Origin: Podarcis tiliguerta
Taxonomy: Eukaryota
Strand: one strand, 5' to 3'
Length of the DNA: 64,000 nucleotides
Assembly (NCBI GenBank): GCA_965153285.1
Contig: OZ229115.1
Position 1 is the first letter of the stretch, and each line of letters starts with the position of its first letter. This document shows, one piece after another, positions 11,603-64,000 of the stretch. Below the pieces are notes generated by a model that saw nothing but the letters and a program-made list of their open reading frames with translations, did no database searches and was not told the origin of the DNA. The position numbers and the translations under genes are program-made.

Positions 11603-12605
11603 ACCCTATGTACAGGTATATATAACAGCACCATCTAGTGGGTATGTTGTAGCTTATATGATAATAGCTTTCTACTATGATTCCAGAAAATGTAATTATC
11701 TAGATACTTTGGGTTGTGAACTTTGCATATAGTACATGGAAACTGAACCAGACTAGGAAGAGTAATTTAATAGGTCTTGTGGAGCCCAACCTGAATCACA
11801 ATTCCAAGACAGGAATAAACATGGTTATTAATAGAATGGATGGTACTACTTCAAATTTCAGGGTGGAGGATCACATTTTTAAATGTTCCCTATGTAATAT
11901 ATATGTGTAAGTAGAAAACAGACAGCAGAATCCTAATCAAATCGTTCTCCCTGATGTTTTAGTTTTTGCTTGCAGAGGTTTTTGTTTTGTTTTTGATGTG
12001 GGGAACACTGAAAAATGTGTCTTTACATCTACAATATGTACTGGTACAATTCACTCTAACACTTACTTCTTATTACCTTACGCTCATTGCAGCTCTATGC
12101 ATAAGTAGGGTGGGACTTAAGCCATAGAAGCCTCTGAGTTCATAATTCATGCTTTCTGCGCTGCCAACATTAACAGATGTGAGCCCCGCACAACTGCACC
12201 CGCCATGAGATTGCCCGCAAACACAATTTCTGCCGAACTTGAAGACTCATACCCATCTGAATTGCTTCAACCAAGAATAATATTCACATTTTCCTCCAGC
12301 TAAGCAAACAGCTAAAATGTTATTAAGTAAATTAGTGTAAGTCTTGCTCAATTAAACCACACAATTAAACCACCGGCACATTGGCTGTGTCTAAATTTAT
12401 ATTAAATATTATTCAGAGGAGCCAGATGGTACCTGCTGCAAGCAGTCATGCAGCTTCTAGAGCCCAGGAAACTACCCTGGAGAGAAAGCTTAACAGAAGT
12501 ACAGAAAAGTTCTGTTCTTCCAGGTTTTCTGAATGAAATAAATTAAGCTGCTTTGGTATGGAGCTTGATTAACCATACTTCAGAGCAAAGCCCCATCACA
12601 AGTGC

Positions 12606-12760
12606 CCTGTAAGTCAGTGGTAGAACATAAACTCAAGTTTAATTCCTGGTATCTCCAGTAGGACTGGGAAAGGCCTCATCTTAATCCTTGGAGAGCATCT
12701 GCTAGTTCATGCTGAGTTAGATGGACTAAGGGCGTTACTTGGTCCAAGGCAGCTTCCTAG
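12606..12760 (+). mobile_element. Degenerate tRNA-derived SINE (Squam2-like)
   Basis: tcagtggtagaaca...tcctggtatctccag...ctgagttagatggac...aaggcagcttccta; homologous to 17383-17700. Confidence 0.6.
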
Positions 12761-13339
12761 ATTTGGATTAGATAGCTTGATTCTTTCTTGTGGGCCATAT
12801 TATATGGAGTCAGACCATTAATCAATGTGTCTATCTGTGCAGTGCCTTGCAGCTAAATTTGTTCCCTAGGCAGAACACCAAACATAGGGTTGGAAACGTC
12901 AACCATATGTGAGTAGACTACAGATGCACTGGGAGTAAAACGAACAAAAGAAAAAGGAGAGGGTGCAGGGTAGGAGAGGCCCTCAACCAAAGACTAATAC
13001 TCCCAGGCCACACAGCAGACAACAGTATGTAACTGAATCCTCGGCTAACATACACTGAGAGTCGGGCTGATGGCAAGTAAGGGACTTCAGCCTGGGAAAT
13101 ATGGGAGGATTGGTCTCAGGGCACTTCAAGGTGAAAGGATCTGCCCATGCACTTTGGAGGACTAATGGGGTGAAATTGCTTTCAGGGGACACCCTCAGAA
13201 CAATCACCTTCTTCTGTGTCCCCAACTTAGAATAAAAAGCAACAACTTCTAAATAATAAAATTCCATTCAAAACAGCTGCAGCAACACGACAAGAACAAC
13301 CACATCTGGTGAGGCCTTTTTTGACTACCAGGTTTTCAG

Positions 13340-13640
13340 GGATAGGGATTTGCGAGAGGGTCTTTTCTGCAGTGGCATCTAGAATGTGAAACCCCCTGCC
13401 TCAGGAAGTTCATTTGGAACATTCTTTGCTAGTGTCCTGCTGGTGAGTAACAAGTGTTTATTCTGCCTGGCATTCATTGTATTACTGTTGTCTCCTCTGT
13501 GCTCTTATCTGCTACTTTTCTGTTTAATTGGTTTCGCTTAATTCTCTTTGTAGTTTGATTTCTAAACATTAATTAGTGTTATGGTTATATAGGTCACCTT
13601 GAGCACTGCCTTGTGGAATTGGAAAGATGGGGTGTAAATC
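13340..13640 (+). mobile_element. Old L2-like LINE 3' fragment
   Basis: agagggtcttttctgcagtggc...ccctgcctcagga...gtcaccttgagc...gaaagatggggtgtaaat, typical of L2 3' ends. Confidence 0.55.
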
Positions 13641-13678
13641 CTCAAACCAAACAACCAGTCAACAAAGATGATGATAAT

Positions 13679-13704
13679 AACAACAACAACAACAACAACA
13701 ACAA
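13679..13704. repeat. (AAC)n microsatellite
   Basis: aacaacaacaacaacaacaacaacaac. Confidence 0.9.
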
Positions 13705-13836
13705 CCAACCTTCAGCTGTGCCAGACTAATTGAAGTCCTTTAAAAAAAAAGGCATCTTAACTCCCCCTTCTGGTTAACTGCCTAGATGGAATTTCTTATG
13801 GATGGAGTAATTGCCATGGGAGGCCTCATCTGGTTG

Positions 13837-14047
13837 CAGTGGTACCTCTGGTTAAGAACTTAATTCTTTCCGGAGGTCTGTTCTTAACCTGAAACCATTC
13901 TTAACCTGAGGTACCACTTTAGCTAATGGGGCCTCCCGCTGCCACCGTGCGATTTCTGTTCTCATCCTGAGGTAAAGTTCTTAACCCGAGGTACTACTTC
14001 CGCGTGGAGTCTGTAACCTGAAGCGTTTGTAACCCGAGGTTCCACTG
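13837..14047 (-). mobile_element. Tc1/mariner(Tigger)-type MITE, reverse orientation
   Basis: CAGTGGTACCTC...CCGAGGTTCCACTG; internal sequence is the reverse complement of the 2313/9230 copies. Confidence 0.85.
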
Positions 14048-14619
14048 CACCAGCAATGGGGCCATGCTGCTGGCACTGCCTTGGCATTAGGCATCACACA
14101 TGCCCATGTGTTGCCATTATCTATCTGCAGGAGGAAAGTCTACATGTCAGCAAGAGACCTACCAGTAGATCCCAATCTATCTTCTGCCAGCCACTGTTTT
14201 AAAAGGCTAAAACCAGCAATTTGAATTGAGCCTGGGGAGATACTTCTGTTGTTTATTGGCTGTGATGTAGCTGCTATTCCAAATTGCAGTTGCTTTGCTA
14301 GCTGGTACTCAGCTACAGTAAGATGTAGTCAACCCAATATTAACGATAATAGACCCAGACTTTAAAATATTGCCTACAACCCACTATGTTTCATTTATTG
14401 ATAAAATGCTCTAGGTACTGACCTGAAACTGCCTGTCTTTTTAGACCAGGCCCTGTTTGAATGCCAGGAAAATGCAATTGTCTCCCAAACAGAGGAAATT
14501 CTTTAAGAAAAGATTCCTCCCCGCCCCTCTTCACTCATCCATGTATAGATCTTCCAGCTGAAGGTAATGAATCTGATTTAAAAAATGGTCTGTGAAAACT
14601 TATGTCATAATTACATCGA

Positions 14620-14725
14620 CAACATCCAGTGTTACTCATTCTCAGAGTAGATCCATGGAAATCAATGGACCAAAAATCCATTGATTTCAATGATCTACAC
14701 TGGGGGTGACTAATGTTGACTATCA
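14620..14725. repeat. Palindromic MITE-like repeat
   Basis: gtagatccatggaaatcaatgga / tccattgatttcaatgatctac imperfect inverted repeat; related pieces near 7110, 44450 and 47800. Confidence 0.55.
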
Positions 14726-17382
14726 TCCTCTGTCTTTAAGTTAATTTAAGATGTTTTTGATGCAATGAATGAGCAACCATTTGCAGGATATTTGCTCTGC
14801 TATAAACTGATCAGCTTAATGCTTTCTTGCCCAGAAAAAACATTTTGCACTGTAATGCCATGCTTCTTGGGCTTTCATAATTTTCTACATTATGACCAAC
14901 TATCCTCTGAAGCAATTGTTTGTCAATATGGGTCACTTTTGTGGGATATCCCACCCTCCCCTCAAGTCCAATATATCTTAGAAAGTATTTGCATCCCTTC
15001 AACCTTCTGACCATTGGATTGTGCTGGTGAGTTTGGGTACAATTTGGGCATAGCTGAGAATGCCACAGCTCTTGCACAGCAGCAAAACTCCATTGGGACA
15101 AATTGCATTTATGCACAGCATTAGATGCTGATTTATAGAAAACAGGGAACTTCAGTGCTCTGCAATATAGGTGCTTGCATACAAATGGTTATTCTGAAAT
15201 CTGAAAGACTGCTTTTAAGAACACATGCAGAATTTGAATGCATTTGGGCACTAAGATTAATGCCACTTAATGCCTCGGTAGTCATCTGCAAGAGAAAACA
15301 GTGGTGTAAACTACAGAGATATACTCTTAATGTCTTTGTGCACAGTTTTGTTTTGTTTTTTTAAATCCACACAATAAGTATATCCCAATTATCTTCTTGT
15401 TTAAATTGGTATAACTTCTTCTTGTTTCTAACACCTAATAGAATTTAATTGCACCTGCCTCTTCACAGAGCAGGTTGTACCTATTTCAAAATAAAACATT
15501 AGCAAAGCAGCCATTGATAACCATTGACAGCCAGGGGACTGCAGAGCTGCATAGAACATTTGCAGTGTTAGACGCAAGTCAGGCTAGGTTCATTGGCGGA
15601 GGTTTTTTAAAAACAGCAGTTTTAAATTTCCTGGCAAACCTAACCCAGAAACTAGCACAGATATGCAGTGAAGCATTTGTGTGAGTTGTAGCATCCTTCT
15701 TCCTAGTCAAGCAAGACAAGCAAATCTGTGAAAGGTTTCAGTGAAAAAAGGGATAGCAGCCAAGGTAACCATACGGGACATTTTTTATTCCTGGTGTAGC
15801 AATATAGGTGTGATAAGAGTAATGCTTGCAGTATACAGATATCTTGCCTTGTTACAGACTTTCCCCTTGCACAAGAACCACTTCGGTGCAGTGTGCATTG
15901 CAGGAAAAGAGTGTGCTCTATGAAAGCAAGGCTGAAAGAACCACCCATGGTCTTTTGAATCTTGTAGTACGTTGTCAATATTTAATAGCCATATTTAAGG
16001 CACCTGGCTTGCATGAGGAAAAACACTTGGAACACAAATGTACAGATGGCCAGGCATGCGAGATCTATGGATTCAAGCAGCACAGCCACACTCCTTTTGA
16101 CAAAGCTCTTGAATTCATATCACCATTATAGCACTCCTTCTCTGTGTTGTGCTGTTGCCGCGGCTGCTGCATTTAATGGGCATTTAATTGCCATGATTTA
16201 AGCTGTGCGCATATGTGCAGCAACATAAAAGATAGAGGGGCTAGGGAAGGAAAGGGGAAGATCCATTGAAGCAGCAACAATCTGGAACAGCGGCTGTGGA
16301 AGCCGGCCGGGGAGGGGGGAATGAGACATGGACATTGACATCAAGAGGCTGAGTCTAAACCCTCTCTTACCTGTAGTTTTTCCAGTGTATGGAATGGGTG
16401 AAGTTGACCTTAAGAGTGATCTAAAGGTGAATACAGCTGATGCTAGGCAAGGAAAAACCACAAGCATTTAGTGCCATATGGCGGGACTTCATCTCGTATA
16501 CCTCTAAACCAAATGTACAATACTACCTGCCAACAGCAGCCAAGGACATTTTAACAATTTGATGTTGCTTTGTACAATCAAACAGGCTCTGTAACATGTT
16601 CTGCACATGTTCCTCCTGACTTGTGCATGACCTCCCATGTTGGGGCTGTTCCATTAGTTGTTGTTGCTTATGTGTGTGGTTCTTTTTCGGGAAAGCCAAC
16701 CACAGTGGTGAGCATTTTGGTAGCGCAGTATGAATACAAAGTCAAATCCAGATCTTGGAAAATAGGAGCCTTGAGGTGCATTGAAGGAGAGGGAAATGCC
16801 CCACTGAAGTTGAATGTGTATACTTTTACAAGGAAAAAATAATAGATGTGGCTTCTTTGGTCCATGAATACTTGCAAGAGCCCTCCATGTCATGCAAGCA
16901 AACTATAGGTCCAAGGCTGAGCTACTTAGATGGAAGGCGAAGCGGCTTTATTTAGAGATTTCTGAGAACATTGCAGTTGTGCTTTTAGAAATGAGAAGCT
17001 GTATTCAGCTCTGTTATGTGATAGACTGTGAGCTACATTGATTTGCACTTCTGAGAGCAATTAGCTTGAAAACCGTAAAAATAAAAAGGTGTCTGTACAC
17101 TTAAGCTTGCTTGTAAACCATCCCTGCATTATTAGTGATAAATTTAACAAAGTGGGACTGCCACAAACTTTTCTCATCTCCCAATTTCTATTTTGAGAGA
17201 TTTTAAAGACCTGCATTATCCATGAGCTGTGATCAGATTAATTATTCACAGATTTATAGTGATTTAGGGCAACTCCAGCAGCAGCGTTTTGCAAGGGATA
17301 GCACATCAGTCATACAAACCCACATGTTCATGGTGTAAATTGATGCTGGTCCAGATGGTTTCACAGGATGGAGAATCACTGC

Positions 17383-17700
17383 CTTAGCTCAGTGGGCAGC
17401 ACCACATATGCCTTGCACTCAGGACTCAGGTCTTGTCCTGGGCATCTCCAGGCAGGGCCAGCAAAGCCTCCTCTCTGAAACTCTGGAGAGCTGCTACTGT
17501 AGACAGTTATGAGCTAGAACACGCATCCCCAACCTGCGGCCCTCCAGATGTTTTGGCCTACAACTCCCATGATCCCTAGCTAAGAGGGGCAGTGGTCAGG
17601 GATGATGGGAATTGTAGTCCAAAACATCTGGAGGGCTGAAGGTTGGGGATGCCTGAGCTAGACCAAATGGTTTGTCTCTACATAAGGCCATTTCCTACGT
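17383..17700 (+). mobile_element. tRNA-derived SINE (Squam2-like) interrupted by a MITE
   Basis: tagctcagtgg...ggcatctccaggcagggc...ctggagagctgct...gagcta[insert]gaccaaatgg...taaggccatttccta. Confidence 0.7.
17520..17655. mobile_element. hAT-type palindromic MITE with 8-bp target site duplication
   Basis: Near-perfect palindrome gcatccccaacct..gccctccagatgttttgg / ccaaaacatctggagggc..aggttggggatgc; flanks agctagaa / agctagac. Confidence 0.85.
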
Positions 17701-19789
17701 TGTAACATGTTATATGAATGAGGAAGTCCCTGTTGTGTGTCTTGTCTTTGCTATGAAATCACTTCTTAGATAATCCCTAGCTTTCTGCCTCAGGCCTATT
17801 AAGGGGACAGCACACACCTTCCTTTTTAGGTTTTTTAAAAAGAGATTACTAATGTAACTCTACCATATAATAGGATATTATTATGAGCACAGACAGGACA
17901 GAAATTGTTATCTGGTTGACCGATCTGAGAACAGGACGCGAGAGTAGATGTGCTTTTGGTTTCAGCCAGCAGGGCTCTGTTGGCCTAGATTCAGCTAACT
18001 CAATGTGCTACCAGAAGCCAGAACAAGGGCTCCTGAGAGTGCAAGAGGGCTTCTCCTCCTTCTCTGCCTCTCCCACCTCACCCAAATCCATTCTGGAAGG
18101 TCAGGAAAAGCTCGAGAACAATTGGGGAGGGCGGAGGAGTGTGGGGGTTGTCCCATGTGGCAAGCAGAATTGCTTGTGCCGACAGGATGATCAGAAGAGT
18201 GCATTGAAGTCTTCCCTATGTTCTTGTATCACATTAAAAAAAGGGGATAGGAAGTTTAAATTCCCAAATGAAATATCTTTGTCTTCCATAATTTCTATGC
18301 CACTGCCATTGGTGCCAACAGTAGCATTGGTGCCAACCTGGAAGCACCGTAGACACTAAGCAATTCCCCATTCTCATTTGTATATGAAGGATAACAGGAG
18401 AAGGAGCTCACACACTGAAGACCATCAGCTTCATACATAAGAATAATCTTTAAAATTTATTTGACTAATTGTGTTACATTCAAGATCTGATGTGTTTCTT
18501 CTAGACAAAGAGTTGGCATAAATACAAACAAGCCTTTGTGCCTTCCCTAAACAAGAGATACTAGAGACAGAGGAACATAGCTTCACATCTTTGTATTTAC
18601 AGTCTGCCTTTACAACTTAGTGGTAGGAATATTTACAGAAAATACAATAAGAACAAAAAGATCATGTCTTGGCAACATACAGAACTTTATACACAATTGT
18701 ACATGATTAAGCACATGGTATCTAGCCATCTCCTTCCAAGTACTCCTGCAAAAACCCAGTTGTCTTTCAAAGATGCACTCTATCAATTGTGTAACTATCG
18801 CCGTGTTGTACTTCTGTTCACTATTCATGTTGAATTATAGTTCTATAATCCACCTGGGCTAAATATTATGAACACTGCATGACAATTGTATACTTCCCTC
18901 CTGGGAAGCGGCTACAGATAATGGGCAGTCCAATCCTCAAGGCACTCCTAACAGCTTATGACCCACTGAAGAAAATAGGGCTGGTACTGAGGACCAGAAG
19001 CAAGCTGCGTTTTCTATAGCTGCTTTACAGCTGCTCTCCATACAAAATTGCTACTCTTTCAGACATGATTCCACTCAGCTCCCTCCCCATTTGATTTTTT
19101 CTTTACATTTAAAATATATTTGAAGGACCAGCTTAAAGGTGCTTTATATTTCTTAAATGGAAACTATCAAAAAGGTACTAAAACTGACATTTTTGATTTG
19201 AAATTGTTGTGAAGATGACTAACTTCCAAGTGTATGGTGCTTTATTAAGAGGACTTGAGTACGACCCTTGTATGTGTTTATGTGGTAAATACTGCAGCCC
19301 TAATATTTTATCTCTTCAAGAGACCAGAGTGAAAACAAATAATACATGGTAGTTAAGATACCCAAAGGAAACGGTAATAGGAAACAAGCAACCTAAATGT
19401 TAAGAACCAAGCCTGGTCTACAAACTTCGATTCTTTTGATTATCCTGTGCAATGGTATCCAAAACAAAAGTTGGAAATTTAAATGTTATATTGAGTTTTA
19501 CAAGCCTGATGCCTCAACCTGACCTAAAAAGAACCAATTTTTCAAAGGCAGTCATGTTTAGAGAGCTCTAGACAGAACATTGTATTGCATTTAATTGGTC
19601 AGTCAATCGTTCTGCACAGGGGACAGGAAGCTATCAGTGCACTTGGAAGCCTTCTCATTTACACACATACAAAGACAGACAACCAGCATCTGTACCAAAG
19701 GACCACATCACACACATTTGGGATAACACAGCGAAAGTGAGCCCTTACACATTTCCATTAATTGCTCAGTGCTGTTTGGAGAAATCACT

Positions 19790-22700
19790 GCTGTTATTTC
19801 CCTCCATAGTATTTTTATTAACAGAATCAAAAGAATTCCTGCATGCAGATTTAGGCCACAACTTCAAGTCCACTTGTGTGCTGTTTAGTACACAATGGAA
19901 GAAAAAGTAAGTATAACACAAATGTGGATTCAGAGCAGCATGTCTGCTCAAGAGCAGGGTTTTTTAAAAAAACAAAATAAAATACAGGCTAAGTTAAGGC
20001 TGCATCAAACAAATTATAAAGTAAATTCCTGGGGGCAAGAATACACTGGCTTAATAAAAAGGAGTTCCTGGGGGAGGGGAACATTTACAAGCATACGACC
20101 CTTATTTTCACAGCAGAGTTTAACAAACTGAAATTTCTTTTACTAAACAGAAGGTTTTTGAACATGAGAGGCTGCAATTAAAAGCAAATTATTTAAACTC
20201 TTGAACACCAAACTGGGCCATGCCTCTAACCCAGTTCAAAAGCTGTTGCAGATTTAATACATTTCTGTCCTGTCTGTGTAACTCAAAAGGATGGTTTTGG
20301 CAGGTCATTAGTTAAAAGAAACTAATGGCTTCACCCAAAGTACATACATGGTTCAAACCATTGATTTTTATATGCAGTTGCCCAACTGCTCAACCTTTTA
20401 TTGCACGGCTCTTGTGGTACGCATGCATTGGTTGTGCCATTTAATCCATGGACTAAATGTGACAGATCATCATCTAGATCAGAACAGTATCTAAGAGGGT
20501 TCAATTAAGTTTAGTGTTCGTGCACTAGGTTAATACTGGCAAATGTTCAGTACTAAGTAACTGCTATGCAAGTATCAGAACAACCTGCATCCCCACTAGC
20601 AGTGCTATTTGCTGTTCCAATTTGTGCATCAATTAAGCAGGACAGCTAAACATGCCAGACTTTGAGAGTGATTTTATGATGCGCCCTTATTTTTCATATG
20701 TAGACCTACACCACAAGCTGACAAGACACTAGCATGCTAATTCAATGTAAGCAGCAGGCTCCATTGTTTAATCTTCCCTAAGAAACCAGGAAGCTCTTTA
20801 GGGTTTTTAAATGACCACCCTGGCAGCTTTTATGAACAAAAAGTACACCTCTCAGAGGAGTGCTATGTAATAAAATATTTTTGCTATAACCGTTATGAAG
20901 CAAGTACTGCCGCAAAGATTAGCTTTAACACACATAGCATCACTGGAAATCCATCAAAAGCGACCAAGTTTCTTTTTGCTAAGCCCTTCGCCAATTGCTC
21001 CAGACCTTGCCACTCTGCTTTCTTTGTCATAATTCAACTGCATCAAAAGATATAGGGAATACTGCTGCTGTAGGCCAGTTTCAAAAGAGCTTTTCTTCAG
21101 GATCTCAAAGAGTCAAAATATAACTTACTTTTGCACGTTCAATTAATGGACAGTTTGCTTCTTGCCCTCAAGTATCAGATTGCATAGCAACATTGAGAAA
21201 GGTAAAGGTTTTAACTAAACGAAAGCTTTCATGTCTATGTCTTTTATGGCTAACACATCAGTTAAAAGTTTTCAAAGTTCCATGCTATGCATACTGGGAA
21301 CACTGGGTATTTAATAAATAAATAAATAGACAAGTGGTAGTCAACTGTTTTTCAAAGGAAATTCCAATGTTGTATTCAAAAGCAAAAGGGCTGGCATTTA
21401 CAATCTATGCTATTGTCCCACCTGGGCACAGAAACTGAACAGACCATATTAATTTTAGACATTGAAAAGGCCCTCCAACTTGTGTCTCACTAACACTGGG
21501 AGAGTAGTTCTCTTGCTTCAGAAGACTACTGGCCATGTGTTCCATAAGCAAAAATGAACAAATTAAAGCAAAACAAAAATTGTATGGTCAATTGTAAGCC
21601 ACTTGCATTATTATTAATATTATATATGCTTCTGAAGAATCAAGAGTTAATTTTGCTCTAGAATTTCTCAGCCTTGTTTCAGTACGAGGTTAAGACTTGT
21701 AAGGATATTATCCTGGCTCCCCAATGATGAATCTTAAATACTAAGGGGCTGCTATGAAGTGAATCATCTTGATCTTGGGAGTGTTTGCTTCTAAATAGTT
21801 ATTCTTCACATTTTATCCTTGAACGCGTTCCAGCAACTTCCTGAAATTAGCCAATAGTAAAGCAAAGCGTGCTAATCTGCAAGGCTGATGGTAAAAAAAG
21901 AGAAGAGAACCATCAAAAAACCTCAAACGTAAACTGTGTTGGGAACTTAGGGACTTAATTCTTGCTTGCTTAAATATCATACTATATGCCTACTAGGAAT
22001 CAAATATATTCAAATCAATAGGACTTGTTTCCAAATAAATGTGGACTAGGTTTGTATCTCTTATTTTTGAAAATGTAATTTGACTTTTAAATAGCTATCC
22101 AGAAAGTTCTTAAACAAAGCATTATTTTCTGGATTCCCTTTTGGAAAACACAGCCTCCATTTATAAAATGTGCAGGTAGATTTTTAAAAGGTTTTATCAG
22201 CTCCAAAGAAGGTTTTATTAAGAAAATGATACTCTGCCTTGCATCCAAGTATCAAGCTCAAGAAAAACCAAGTGATCTAATAATTTATTCTTTAAATCTG
22301 CACAGGGTAGCTATTTCTTTCCTCTCCAGTAACATCCAGTAATACAACACACATTAGCCAATGAAGTGGAGGGACACCAGGGAAATTTGAAGCTGCTTGA
22401 CTTTGTATTACTAGATGTTAAGGGTGGGGACAACATTGCCGGTTGTTTTGGGCAGAAGCCATGCATGTAATATATGGTTCCAGACCGATATCAGTGCAAA
22501 GCAAGGATGAAACCATTTAATTTCAAACACTTGTAACAATTATCAGATCATTTCTAGTACACTTTTTAATGACCTTACATTTAACTTGCATGGGTCTTCA
22601 CTTCCAATGACATTGGACAGCTATGGTGTGCCAAGGTTTGAATAATTCCTTTTTTAAAAAAAGAAACCCACCTCTTTCAGTAAAATGAATGAACGAACTG

Positions 22701-23678
22701 TGGGACATGAAAAGAAGCATCTATCCCTTTCTGTAAAGAACATTTGCAATTCAGAAATCAGATTTCACAATAGGGTAGTTGTAACTAGTTCTTACATGCA
22801 GAGATGGACATACTTTCTGATTGCACCTTTTCCAGGACAAGGATTTCACTTCTTTCTATAAGGGTGGACTGGTCAGATGAGAAATCACATTTTTAGCATT
22901 CATAAGATACAGGCGAAATTATGTACTGGTCATAAATACAATTGGGATGAACCACTATACAGGTTTTTCTTTGTCTCAAAGCTGACTTAAATGGACCATC
23001 CTTAGCTCAAAGAGCCAACCTTCTTTGCTTCCTCATCCTTTACCAATACCCCAGAGCTTTTATCCTGAACTGGCCAGCAGTAGGTAGAGGGTGCTTGCAA
23101 CCTACAAAGGTAAAGAAACTTTGAGCAATGGACCCATGGGTACATGCATCTTGGATCTAAAGGAGGAGAATCAGAAATGGAGCCTCCGAGTGGGGCTAAA
23201 AATAAATAAATAGGCCTGCATGCAGGTGGGAAAGCAAACCAAACAAGATATAGCACAATAATTTATTGCAATTTCATGGTCTCTGTCTGGAAAAAAATGC
23301 ACCTGAACCCAACCTGCTATGAAGCCAAGTGGCAAACTTCAGGTGCTAGTTCTTTATGTTCAGAATCTGGCATTTTAGGTCAACAGAGAAAGCTATGAGA
23401 AGTGCAGTTAACCCCCCTCTCTCTGCTACACATCCACCACATATTACTAAATAGTGACTGATGGTGAAAGTTTGTCCCTCTGCAGCAGCTGATGGAGTGA
23501 AGCTGGTTTTCAGGGAAAGTGCCTATATTGTGTCCTCATTTCTTCATTGCAGCAGAAGCAGAAGTCATGCTCAGGTTGTGGTTTCTTTATACAGGACTTG
23601 CAGGGTGGGGAAGGGTCCCCCCCCCCCCATTACCGTAGACACCAAGCTCTGATCTAATTGTTCAGGGAGGATATTGGT
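19790..23678 (-). other. RALGAPB: RALGAPB 3'UTR (approximate distal end)
   Basis: Repeat-free AT-rich stretch after the stop codon. Minus-strand AATAAA hexamers at 23262-23267, 22214-22219, 20397-20402 and 19814-19819. The true cleavage site cannot be determined from sequence. Confidence 0.6.
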
Positions 23679-63354
<39,676 letters not shown>

Positions 63355-64000
63355 AATGCCTCTATACTGCAGAGTAGACTGTACCTGGAAGGGGGGAAAG
63401 GAGAAAACAGACTTAAAATTAATTTTAATTGATATTACTTTGGTTACAAAGGACATGCATATTGCAAACACTTGGCACTAAGAAGTGCAACCCTTAGCCT
63501 AATGAAAGGTATAGTTTTTCATGTGGAGATGCGTATCCTGCAGTACAGAAGTTGCTGTTCTTTTGCCACCCCTTGAACTTCCATCAGCTGACATAACTCT
63601 TCCACTCACCATGGTTTACCATTCAGTTTGCTTTAGCTGGAAAGCAGAACCAGCAAGCCTCTCTGACACTTAAGAATGCGCTTTTAATAGTTACTTTCCA
63701 TTTTTATCCAGAATGTAACTTTGGTTCCTATTATGGCCACTGGAAACAGTTCATGCAACTGACAACACTGGAGTGCCATAATATTATTGTAGTGTCAGAG
63801 TGTCCTGGCACTTCTTTCTCAACTATCGCTCAGACCAACAAAGAGCCACCTCTCATGAACTGTCTAGTACACAGAAGCTGCTTGAAACCTCTTCCGTGCA
63901 GAAAAGCCATGCACTTCCACAAGCTTGCCATGGTGACTGGGTCTCATCACACATTTTAGCTTCACATTACTGAAAAATATTCAGAAGAGGGAGCACAGAA

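Noticed and set aside
17883-18359. 158-aa plus-strand ORF
   Set aside because: No recognisable homology or composition bias; the length is attainable by chance in 64 kb across six frames.

Overview
Vertebrate genomic DNA, almost certainly a squamate and probably a lacertid lizard, judged from Sauria SINE, Squam3-like SINE, CR1/L2 fragments and lacertid-type MITEs. The right ~45 kb holds the complete coding sequence of RALGAPB (Ral GTPase-activating protein beta subunit) on the minus strand. I traced 29 coding exons from ATG at 63354 to TAG at 23679-23681; they sum to 4491 nt (1496 aa) with a consistent frame. Two of the introns need GC-AG donors. A repeat-free ~3.9 kb 3'UTR follows. The promoter and non-coding first exon lie beyond the right edge. 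The left ~19 kb is downstream flank with many TE remnants, a cluster of RFX X-box/E-box motifs and a speculative small spliced minus-strand gene. There is a 149-N assembly gap at 47003-47151. I found no prokaryotic-type system or CRISPR. The notable signals are splicing, 3'UTR and TE-biology features, and none is a proven novel system.
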